From the NCBI GenBank assembly GCA_965637545.1, contig OZ281498.1, forward strand, positions 23,560,001 to 23,624,000: a stretch of 64,000 bases of DNA, given 5' to 3'. The stretch is from Phallusia mammillata (Eukaryota). Position numbers and translations under genes: made by a program. Under the pieces are notes generated by a model. It worked only from the letters and a program-made list of their open reading frames with translations. It ran no database searches and was not told where the DNA came from. The stretch's first letter is position 1. Each line of letters begins with the position of its first letter. Positions 52,801 through 62,830 of this stretch are shown piece by piece.

Positions 52801-55800
52801 GACATAATGCCAGAGTTGGTAAGCATTCGCTAAAATCTGTCGCCAATATTTATATTTTGTTCCTTTTTATATTTTATATTTTGATAGGCAACAAGTAAGA
52901 CATAAAAGGACACTCCTGTGGTTTGGCTAGGGGACAGCACCTATTGGATTTGGTTCTTTTTATGGTTAGATTATGCGTTTCTTAATGTCAGGCGCATGGG
53001 GTCTACAAAGACCGGTACAAAATTCTTTGTGCGCATATGATGTAACATGAGGCGTATAAAGATTTATTTTCGTTAAACAAAATGCATACAAATAACAAAT
53101 CAGCCAAGAATAGCACTTCAATATTTGCTCACCTCGTTTAAGAAAAGACATCGCACTGCGGTGTGACTGATCGAACGATGATATAGAAACATGATCCAAA
53201 CGGTGAGAAACAAAAACAAACGTTCGACGTTGATGACAACACATAAAATACAGTTTTCTGCAAAAAGTAAAATGTTTACAAATTCTTAGCTTAAAGAAAC
53301 AGTCCAGAAATTTGGACGGCAAACTTGTAATTCTTTTGGTCGCTTGTCGTAAACTTTGCTGACATCACTAGAGCTTTTCTCAAGTTATCATTCGTTAAAC
53401 AGCAAATTTTGTTCTCCTCACTCGGGGCACCAAATTTTGTAGTGTTAAATACGGTTTGTCTCGGTACAAGCTATAAAACCGAGTCACTATAAATGTTCGG
53501 TGATGAGTCTCAAGGTTACAACCGCGTCACTACAAATTAAAGAAGGTATACCACCGTCTTTAACCTCCCAAGCTCCTGGGCTTGTCAGGACCGGAGTCCT
53601 GGAAACTCCACACACGTGTCTTGCACTTCGGTTCGTTTGTTTATTGTTCACGAGAAGAGAGAGAGATGGTAGAAGAGGAAAGAGATCGAAATGAACGAGT
53701 GCGGTTTTATATATACCCGGAAAAAGGCGTTAAATCGTACACATGTGCTCTTGCGATTGGCTCTTGCACAATTCCCACACAAAGCAGCATCCAATCACAG
53801 CACGAGACAAAACATACGGTTAAAGCTCGCAAACACCAGATCACAAAGTCGTCTCTGCATCCTAATTAACTGCGACAGGAAATATTACAAAGTCCGAACA
53901 CGATTTGTCAATACAGTGGGATTTGGTTGCTATACATTTTAACTTCCTCGCAGCCTTTGAGCTAGCGAGTCAAAACCGAGCTATTTTGGTAAACAAATAT
54001 TGCAAAGTTTGCACAAATTATGTCGCAACCGCTACACACTGCAGGACTCATGACTCGATAACCAATGTTTTTTGTGTGTCCTTGCTGTTTTATGAAACTG
54101 TTCATCAATGGCAATTGGATAAAGTGTCAATGCAAATAAAAGTTTGACTTGACTTGCAGCCTATCATTTTAGTGAAATACATATTGAAGTTGCTGCTATT
54201 CAGATCTGTCTGTATATATTTTCATTGTAGTAATACTAACCAGAGTTGTCAGTAAATGGAACAATTCAAATGCAGAAAAACTTACTCAATGCGTTTTGCC
54301 AGTTTTTCTTCTCTTTCCCTGAAGTCCAGTTCAAAGTCAGAATCAAATGGAACGAAATATAGTTGACTTCCACAAAAAAATAGATGGCAGAAGGTTACCA
54401 GGATCTGTTGTGAGTTGCTTGGTATCTTTTACAGATAACGTCTGTACCATGCATATGAGTTACGTATATGAAGCAAACTAGCTTAATTTTTTCAATGTAA
54501 CACACCTTGTTTTTGCTTCGTAATAACAAATGGCAATCCAGTCCAAGTTGTGCTGTGGCCACAGAAGTTGCCCTGCAGCAGTTTGAACGGTAAGTGCCAC
54601 AAGCTATAACTGACCCACATCCCTTGTCCAATGCATCTGCCAGCAAAAACTCTAGTTTCCGTATCTGCAAAACAATTGCAATTTACGTAAATGCACAGGG
54701 GTAAATTTTCGCCTTGACAAAAACTAAAAAAATTAAGAAATGCTTATATTTACTGCATTGCTTACACTGGGGTAACATTAATTTAATTTTTTTACCTTTG
54801 TTGTCTCCACTGGCTAAAATGGATGGGTCAGTGCAATTTTGACAAACTGGTGTAGGCTAGTTGTTAATTATGCATTTCTTAGAGAAGGTTAAAGACTGAC
54901 GGTTTGGAATCAAACACAGCCATTGAATACACCGTCAAATAAACTTGCTGTGTAAAACATTAGCAAAACATTTTCTGCTAAAATCGAATATTCGTGTAGC
55001 ATTAGTTACCAATGATTTGTTTCTTTTTTTTTTGTTTTTTTTTTCACGGGGTTCGAACCCAGGACTATCCCGGGGACGAATCCCGATCAGGGTTTTTTAT
55101 GTCTGTATATGGGTCAGGCGCGCCAGACCATTCGGCCAAGTTCCACCAACGAAAACCTACCAACTGCATCGAGGCGTAAACAAACGTCACGCTTGACATG
55201 ACCGTTTTAATTTGTACCGAAATTATTTCTACATTCCAACATTTTAAATTATTTGGGGTTCAAAACATGTATGCATGTACAGATTATACGTTAATATACG
55301 TTCTGTCGGGTACAGTTATCAACGTAACTAACAGATATGGGCAAATATTTACACAATATAACAACAGGAAGATGTATTAAGAAACAATAGTATCAAAAAT
55401 TCCAGCGTGCGGCTTACAATCGAGGGTGGCTTACAATCGAGGGTGGCTTACATTATTTTTTAACACCTCAACATGCGGCTTATAATCGAGGGCGGCTTAC
55501 ATTATTTTTGTTCATAAACGAGGGCGGCTTACAATCGAGTAAATACGGTATGTTAATTTGTGGTTGCATTGTGTTTAATTTGTGACTCGGTTATAAGTTA
55601 ACCTTGAGACTCATTAGCATAACCATTAACATAAACCGATCACTATACAGTTGAAACCGATCACTACACCATTATGTGATACCTTCACTGTGTCTGTTTT
55701 TACATCTGATAAGGTTCGTGTATGTAAATCCTATACTTCCGTTAAAAATAGTTTGCCAACCTACCACATATTTCAGTAATAGTTGATATTGTGTTAATTG

Positions 55801-56523
55801 CACTACTTTGCTACATTGGGATTGGCAAGAATGAGTGTTTTTGTTCTGAAATACCGTTTATCGAACGGCGATGTGGCGATAGTTTGCCCTCCCCTGTATT
55901 TTTTCCCGCGGACATCACCCATGCGGTTATAAAGAGCAGTTACATGCGCAATGTAGCAAAACTGGTGAAGTTGGTCGTTTAAGATCAGTAATTTAATTCA
56001 AGAACGTTTTAAACAAAACAAATGGCACATCTGCATGAATATATCTACCAACTGTAAAGGTCAGTTAAATTAAATATTTCGTACGCAAACACGAATAAAA
56101 AATACTCACTTTGTTTCCACTCAAAAAATTTCCAGTCAAATCGTCTCTTTTTATGTACAACTGAAAATCATCGGGTACTCCTGGCAGATTCCATTTGTGA
56201 AGCGGTGTTGGTAAAGTTGCCAACTAAAATTAAATCGAGTCTTAAAAACTGCAACTGCAACACACATATCTGAACCTGGCTGCAAAAATTACATTGAGAG
56301 CAGAAAAAATCGTTAATTGGCAAAAATGTAAGCGAAAATGTTGTGTGTTTGCAAGGTTGTTGGTTCTAACCCTGCATCTGTCTCTTGTATGTTATTTACA
56401 AAATAACATACTTAAACGTTATCCACATGCTAAAAACGTTACCTTGACTCGTTTTCTTGGCACAAATGCGAGATTAGATGCAAATTCTGGTGGATGATAA
56501 TCAGAAACTTTCTGAAATTCCAT
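49865..56523 (-). CDS. D-cysteine desulfhydrase / ACC deaminase family PLP enzyme; apparent +1 frameshift in exon 4; last exon not located
   Basis: Exons 56523-56443 (MEFQKVSDYHPPEFASNLAFVPRKRVK), 56223-56110 (LATLPTPLHKW…KRDDLTGNFLSGNK), 54664-54506 (IRKLEFLLADA…), 54441-54286, 50573-50373, 50223-50075, 50005-49865 (…DPVYSGKA…VMFVATG). The PLP lysine motif GNKxRKL spans the exon 2/3 junction. Exon 4 is in frame only with six A rather than the seven at 54374-54380, so it may be a pseudogene. Confidence 0.85.
50805..51403 (-). repeat. 3' LTR
   Basis: Identical by eye to 53438-54036; preceded on the minus strand by a polypurine tract and a 5-nt spacer. Confidence 0.95.
52290..52432. repeat. 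~43-bp tandem repeat inside the LTR element
   Basis: ACCGCCCACTTGGCGTAGTA… twice, then ACCGCCCCATTGGCGTAA and a degenerate AACGCCTATTTGGC, separated by AAT-rich spacers. Confidence 0.8.
53415..53432 (-). promoter_or_regulatory. Primer-binding site complementary to the 3' end of elongator tRNA-Met
   Basis: Minus strand TGGTGCCCCGAGTGAGGA; as I recall, the vertebrate elongator tRNA-Met 3' end gives TGGTGCCCCGTGTGAGGA (17 of 18). Confidence 0.75.
53438..54036 (-). repeat. 5' LTR with U3-R-U5 signals
   Basis: Minus strand shows a CCAAT motif (~53755), TATATAAAA (~53705-53713) and AATAAA (~53640-53645) in the expected order; followed by AAATT and the PBS. Confidence 0.95.
55022..55144 (-). mobile_element. 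Short tRNA-derived SINE with A tail (copy 1)
   Basis: GGAACTTGGCCGAATGGTCTGGCGCGCC … CCTGGGTTCGAACCCCGTG then poly-A; A-box TGGCCGAATGG and B-box GGTTCGAACCC. Confidence 0.75.
55405..55548. mobile_element. One end of a pogo/Tigger-like (Tc1-mariner) MITE with GGCTTACAATCGAG repeats
   Basis: Repeated GGCTTACAATCGAGGG motifs ending in ...ATCGAGTAAATACGG followed by TA; the opposite TIR was not found. Confidence 0.6.
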
Positions 56524-56643
56524 GATAATTTCAATTCCAGATTTGCCAGTTGAAAATAACAAATTTCCACCAGTCAGCTTTCAAAACCCTGATAATTTTT
56601 AAGACAAAAATGACACAAGGTATGATAACTTATAGACTTAGGC

Positions 56644-56702
56644 CAGTGAAACTCAAACTGTGTGCCGCGGCGCCGCATGCTTAAAAAGGTTGAGAACCAC
56701 TG
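56644..56702. mobile_element. 59-bp mini hAT MITE about 120 bp upstream of the desulfhydrase-like ATG
   Basis: CAGTGAAACTCAAAC ... GGTTGAGAACCACTG; TSD ACTTAGGC / GCTTAGGC. Confidence 0.7.
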
Positions 56703-57649
56703 GCTTAGGCCCTAGGTTTAGCAGGGCTTACCACACTTTTGTTACCGCAGCCCCAAATTATACGTTTCTGTATCTTACGACAGGGGTGCGATTTGGTAGC
56801 GCGCAGAAAATTTTAGTAGCACATAGCGTTTTAGCACACGTTATGGCTTTTAACGCATATGTAGGCTATATGTGTCTCTTTTCTCATAATGTAGCCTACA
56901 ACCATTTCGCTATTGAGAGCCGTATTACATGTTCCTATAAACGACCACCAAGTGTCTTAATGTTTTTGTTTATAATCTAGTGATTCAAAGAATTTTGATT
57001 TATGTCACAATATCACTTTCATTGTGCCTGAAATTCCAGATTAATTTAAAACCTAAGTAATCCATAGACTGAACTGTACACTTTGTTTATCAATCTCATT
57101 TGTTAGTGACGCCATATAAGTTGTTAATTTATGTGTTGCCTGAGTATTGGGTACTTTTTACACACAATAGCGTACAAAAATCTGTCACGTATTGCTACCG
57201 AGATCTCTCTATTACAGTGGTTCTTAACCTTTTTTAATATACCGAAACCCAACGTCTTCGAACCCCAGCAACACGGTACACATTTGCAAACCAAAAAAAC
57301 GACATTAATTGTAACAAACGAAATTTGAGACGAAACAGAAGGTAAGTTAAAGGAAAGTTAAACGAAACTTGATGCCTCTTTTGTTGTGGCTTTCAATCGA
57401 CAATCCTAGCGAATTTTGGCTTTGTTTTCGAAAGGCCAACCCCAAAGGTCACTTTCACATGCAAGCCTAATCCTACTTTTCGTTTTCACGTCAACCATCA
57501 GAAAATGCATGCTCACACATGTAAGTGATCACGAATGGTGTAAGAATCTCAAGCGCAAATTTAGCGATTTGGTTGATTTGGTTCTTGTAAAAAATGCCGA
57601 GCCAACCCTTGAGGTAACCAGCGAACTTTGGACACATAAAGCAAAACTG

Positions 57650-58417
57650 TAAACTGTGAATTCATGTGCTTATACACAGCTTGTTGAAAATTCGATGGTT
57701 GAGCGCGTCTTTCAATTTATACTTAGTCAAACGCGAATTCACTCTTACGCTTATGGATCTTTGTGTACCAATTTGAGTTCAAATGAAAGTTAAACTACTT
57801 TAGCAGGGCAATACCTCTAAATGCATAAAACCAGTTACACACCACCATCTCCATCTTATATTGATAAATAAGTTAACACACGATATAACACACAAGGCAA
57901 TAATGGCAGAATACCTGATTACATACACAATAAGAAAACAATCTACACAGGGCTTCAACAAAGGCATACCAAACTGTTAGTCTATGCTTCAGTCTCAATA
58001 CAACCAATCCCAACCCTGAACATAAAACATCTGCCCCGACGCACGCAGCTAAGGCGATTCGTTATGCGTGATTCTTGTAAACACAACAAGCCTAAACGTC
58101 CTATATCCTGCCTTCTGTTGGCAAAACATACAGCGTGCAAATTAAAACGTGATCACATTTCGAAGGAAGCGCGGATTAGTCTTTATCTGTGTTACCATCA
58201 CGGCATGTTGGATTATGCAACATAGACTAACCCTAAAATCTAAAACTAAGTTTAAATCAACGCATGACCGCCAACACATATACTTCCATATACATTTTTT
58301 TTTCACGGGGTTCGAACCCAGGACTCTCCCGGGGACGAATCCCGATCAGGGTTTTTTATGTCTGTATATGGGTCAGGCGCGCCAGACCATTCGGTCAAGT
58401 TCCGGCCTTCCATATAC
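57650..58417 (+). repeat. Left arm of ~765-bp inverted duplication
   Basis: Reverse complement of 60612-61375 with few differences; track ORFs 58149..58535(+) and 60599..60880(-) share their first 51 residues. Confidence 0.92.
58304..58403 (-). mobile_element. Short tRNA-derived SINE (copy 2) flanked by TSD CTTCCATATAC
   Basis: Near-identical to copies 1 and 3; the 11-bp direct repeat lies on both sides. Confidence 0.75.
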
Positions 58418-58434
58418 GTTTTCGCGTCAAATTC

Positions 58435-58920
58435 CACTCATAGACACCAGTGAGGTGTACAACATCATATCAGCATTGAATGAAAGGAAGTTATTGCAGC
58501 ACCTCTGCTATGTGACACATTCAATGAATGCGTAAATTCCAATCCAAACTGCCTGAAACTGGCAAAAGCCATATCTATTTTAAAAGGGGAAAATTCTCAG
58601 GAAACATCCTATTACAGACCCATATCTTTCTTACCAACTGTGCCAAAAATGTTGTAACGATTAATTTACAACAGAATGGCAGATTATCTGCAAAAATTCA
58701 AACTTATCTGCAAGTTCAAAAATGGCTTCAGACCTAAACACTCCAAAGATTTGACCATAGCCGAAATAAATGACAAACTTGTTTTAGCTTGTGATAATGG
58801 CAACATCACCTGCGGATTTTTTCTGGATTTGGCAAAGGCATTAGATTAGATACTGTTGACTGTTACAAAAACTCCATACTGTTACAAAAATTGGCTTGTT
58901 ATAGACTCAGAGGTCATATA
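58435..58920 (+). pseudogene. Degraded non-LTR (CR1/L2-like) reverse transcriptase fragment
   Basis: Conceptual translation with stops and frameshifts: YRPISFLPTVPKML*RLIYNRMADYL…NGFRPKHS…DKLVLACDNGNITCGFFLDLAKA…DTVD…LLQKLACYRLRG, matching early RT motifs. Confidence 0.85.
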
Positions 58921-59574
58921 CTAGACCAGGGCTTCTTAACCAGGGGTACGTGTACCCCATAGGGTCCGAAGCACCAAAGCAGGGGGTATAACGACATGCA
59001 GTGTGAAATTATACGCTTTTAGACATATTTGTGCAGAACGCGTAACAAGTTACTTTGTTATATGTCTTTGACTGATTTGAATTTACTGATTGTTGGTGTG
59101 CTGTAAATATTGTTGAACTTATAAGAGTATGTTTTAATGCATGCATTCAACACGTAAGTTATAAATACACTGATTTTAATTCCTATCATTACAATTGTAT
59201 TACCTCCTTCGGCCATTGTAGGCAGAGGGTACGAGAAAATTTTATGAAAGCTCAATGGGTAGGGTAAGGGGTGAGGGGGTACCCCTACCCCCAATTACCC
59301 TGTGATGCTAAAAACTACTGCATTGTAAGAAACCGGCATAAAATTAATGGTGTTCACCACATCAGCGTTTTGTTTGCTTCGTTGTTGTAGTTTTTAGTTC
59401 GAATTCCCGGAACAACAACAACGTGAAAACGACATTAAATTTTATGTCGAAAGTTTCAGAGGCATATTTGACAGAAATAAAAGCATTTTATTATCATTAA
59501 AAATGTGGGATAGGAATTAGCGGAAATATGCAAAGGGTTGTACAATAGGCAACCGTTTTTACACACCGTGTGGT

Positions 59575-59920
59575 TATAATGGTATAAAAACGTTTGGACT
59601 TCATAATGAAAAAAATGATCAATATTTTTTGAAACTTGTGAATTGCATGCTTTTAAACGCCAGATTTGTCATCTACAGATGTAAACTACAAAAACTAAAA
59701 CCAAAAGTAGACATGTTTGTGTACCAAGTGAAACGTTGCCAATGTAACGAAAAAATCATAGCAGTGAAAAATGATACTCTGTCTAAGTATAAATTAAAGT
59801 GGAATGCGCACTTGCGTTAATTGCCTTTGTGTTTGTTCGCTACTGTGTGTTCCTATGTTGTCATTTCCATATTTTATCGCCAATAAAAAATAAATAAATA
59901 AATAAATAAATAAAAAAAAA
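59575..59920 (+). mobile_element. 5'-truncated L1/Tx1-like LINE 3' end with (TAAA)n tail
   Basis: …LKLVNCMLLNARFVIYRCKLQKLKPKVDMFVYQVKRCQCNEKIIAVKNDTLSKYKLKW…* resembles the L1/Tx1 ORF2 C-terminus; followed by AATAAA and (TAAA)n at 59882-59920. Confidence 0.65.
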
Positions 59921-60611
59921 GCAATGTGTGCCTATAGAACTCACAGATTTTCCACAACCTTCACCCGAGCCGACACCTTCTGAGGAAACAACAGGTTCAC
60001 AATAACCACGAGCTTATCCTAAGTTCAAACCTACTGAAGTTATAATACTGTTACCATCATTTTTGTGTCGTTATCACCTTGTTTGAAATTAGTCAAGTTT
60101 GTTTGTCATAAGTTGTCTTCTGTGTGTGCTCATACCGAAAACGCGTTTATCTTAATTTCACGTATGGTTTTCATGTTTTCCACCATAATCCTTTTTCACA
60201 TCTTTTTGTTAGGTCCAGTTTACCTTTTACCTGTTTAATTGCTTCTTGGTACATTGTTTTCCACTAAATCGGAATTTGACCGTTGGCACATTTTGCGCCC
60301 TTCACACCTTTTTTTAGCTCCTCCCCTGTCGCGTTTGGCAGCATTCCAGCTACAATTTCAGGTGTAACCATAACTAAAGAAATCCGTTTGGGCGATGACA
60401 ATTTAAGAGTGGGCTGAGTTTCCTTGTTTCTTTATTAGTTTTGTCGCGAGACATTTTTTCGTGGGTTTTCAAGCCCTTTTGCTGTTGTAGGAAGTTCTTC
60501 CCGACTGTCGTACTGTTAAATTCTCTTGAATTTTGTGCTGCGCAGTGACTTGCCTGTATCATACAGTTTTAAATAGTGCTTTAAATAAACTCCAATGCTC
60601 AAAAAAAAAAT

Positions 60612-61375
60612 GTATATGGAAGGGCAGGAACTTGGCCGAACGGTCTGGCGCGCCTGACCCATATACAGACATAAAAAACCCTCATCGGGATTCGTCCCCG
60701 GGAGAGTCCTGGGTTCGAACCCCGTGAAAAAAAATGTATATGGAAGTATATGTGTTGGCGGTCATGCGTTGATTTAAACTTAGTTTTAGATTTTAGGGTT
60801 AGTCTATGTTGCATAATCCAACATGCCGTGATGGTAACACAGATAAAGACTAATCCGCGCTTCCTTCGAAATGTGATCACGTTTTAAATTGCACGCTGTA
60901 TGTTTTGCCAACAGAAGGCAGGATATAGGACGTTTAGGCTTGTTGTGTTTACAAGAACCATGCATAACGCATCGCCTTAGCTGCGTGCGTCGGGGCAGAT
61001 GTTTTATGTTCAGGGTTGGGATTGGTTGTATTGAGACTGAAGCATAGACTAACAGTTTGGTATGCCTTTGTTGAAGCCCTGTGTAGATTGTTTTCTTATT
61101 GTGTATGTAATCAGGTATTCTGCCATTATTGCCTTGTGTGTTATATCGTGTGTTAACTTATTTATCAATATAAGATGGAGATGGTGGTGTGTAACTGGTT
61201 TTATGCATTTAGAGGTATTGCCCTGCTAAAGTAGTTTAACTTTCATTTGAACTCAAATTGGTACACAAAGATAAGCGTAAGAGTGAATTCGCGCTTGACT
61301 AAGTATAAATTGAAAGACGCACTCAACCATCGAATTTTCAACAAGCTGTGTATAAGCACATGAATTCACAGTTTA
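60612..61375 (-). repeat. Right arm of ~765-bp inverted duplication, including SINE copy 3 at 60627-60726 (+)
   Basis: Reverse complement of 57650-58417. Confidence 0.92.
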
Positions 61376-61376
61376 A

Positions 61377-62731
61377 GCAAGATTCACACCAGACGCGGTT
61401 GGCGGATAGCGACGCGTTTTTGCGTTCGACGGCAAGCGACGGGGTATTCACACCAGACAGCGACTTGCCGTGACGGCGTAATTTTCTCGGTTGAAGCGGC
61501 TGACGGCAAAGTTAAATCAGATTTAACTTTTCCGTCAGCCGCGCTAGACTGCTGGATGAAAAACTTGATATTCGGCCGATGTTCGACTTGTTTACGATAC
61601 ATTTCTGCGTGATTTCGGTCTTTTTGTTTGTAGGTGGATTGTTTTAATGCTCTTTACCAGAAAAATAATAATGGAGTCAATGAAGTACTGATAGTATTGG
61701 TACAAATTATCTTGTTTTAATTGTTTTTTAAATTTTTACCAGTGGTTTCAAGAACTTTAAGATTCTTGGGTAGTCAACTGGTCATTTTTTATGAATTAAT
61801 TTTGTAATTATGTAACCACAACTTTGCAAAAAGAAAGGTACAAGAGAGGTGCTGCTGTTGAAATCTTACCAGGATGGGAACACTATTCATATGAGCTTAT
61901 GACCCTATGTGTAGGTGAATTTTGGTATAAATTCTAAATGTATTGCTTCTTTAACAACTATGATTTGTTGCAGAACTTTTCCTAATCTACATGTCTATGA
62001 CTGATTCAGCAACTCCAGTGTACCTGTTCAATAAACTTCATGGCAAGAAAAGAAAATGTTGTGTATGGATTTCCAGGTTGGCATACTTGAATAAAAATGT
62101 AGTTTCTGCTGATCAACTGTTTCATATGTTTCCAGAGTTTAAGACATGATTTTGTGACATGTTTGTCTGACCATAGAAAGGAATTTCCCTATGAAAACCT
62201 CATCAAACATCACATTGCAAAATGGTGAAGTTACAACTTCAGAGAAAGAGATGCCACAAGCCAACGAATACACTTTTTTCCTCACATTTGGCACTATCTA
62301 GCAGCATTGTGATTGTGCAACAATGTGCAAGTTTATGCACATGCATCTTCTTACATTTAAGCTTTTTTATGTGTTGTTATATGATTGTTTTCTTTGCATT
62401 TATGCAATCTTGTGTTTTCTAAATTGTGTTCATTTATGTTATTGCTTCTATATTGCCAACTTTGAAACATAAAGTGTCTGTAAAACAGGAAAGTGTGTTT
62501 CAACAGCAATGACAGAAGTAAACTAAATCCAATATTGCTGTTGCAATTGTTTTTGGAAACATTTTACAGTGGGATGACGATCAACATCATATTTTGTCAC
62601 AATATAAACTAAACAGAATTTCGTATCAACTTTCTCAAGACGTAGAAACACTCAATATGTCGAGCACGTTGACCCAGTTTTCTTAGCAACAAAAGTAGTC
62701 GACGGCAACCGCACTGCCGGTGTGAAGGGTC
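61377..62731. mobile_element. Possible PIF/Harbinger-like non-autonomous element
   Basis: Left ATTCACACCAGACGCGGTTG and right CAACCGCACTGCCGGTGTGAA are imperfect inverted repeats with the TTCACAC core; no clean TSD or transposase was seen. Confidence 0.4.
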
Positions 62732-62830
62732 AACGTCGCGCCAAACGTTACGCGGTCTGTACCTACCATCAATGAAAGTTTTAAGAAGTTTATTAAACGT
62801 TCCGTACCAAAACGATTACAAAATACTCAC

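Larger units (their letters stand above)
50805..54036 (-). mobile_element. Non-autonomous LTR retrotransposon (Gypsy-type 4-bp TSD), full length with two LTRs
   Basis: 599-bp direct repeats 50805-51403 and 53438-54036 with TGTAG...CTACA ends; TSD CACT; PBS at 53415-53432; PPT GGCGGGGGG near 51409-51417; no gag/pol ORF in the 2034-bp interior. Confidence 0.95.

Noticed and set aside
50867-53942. Identical ORF sets (64, 95, 83 aa) appearing twice
   Set aside because: They lie inside the two LTRs, have no homology I recognise, and are explained by the repeat.
55045-55144. Possible functional tRNA gene
   Set aside because: No convincing acceptor or anticodon stem; it has an A tail and a TSD in sister copies, so it is treated as a SINE.
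40659-56523. Ascidian-type operon of three same-strand genes
   Set aside because: Intergenic gaps are kilobases long and contain repeats, unlike the abutting genes of such operons.
58149-60880. MITFRRKRG… ORFs on opposite strands
   Set aside because: Products of the inverted duplication that read into a SINE; no protein features.
61860-62300. Possible exons 3 onward of the second desulfhydrase copy
   Set aside because: The frames I translated contain stops and show no similarity to exons 3-7.
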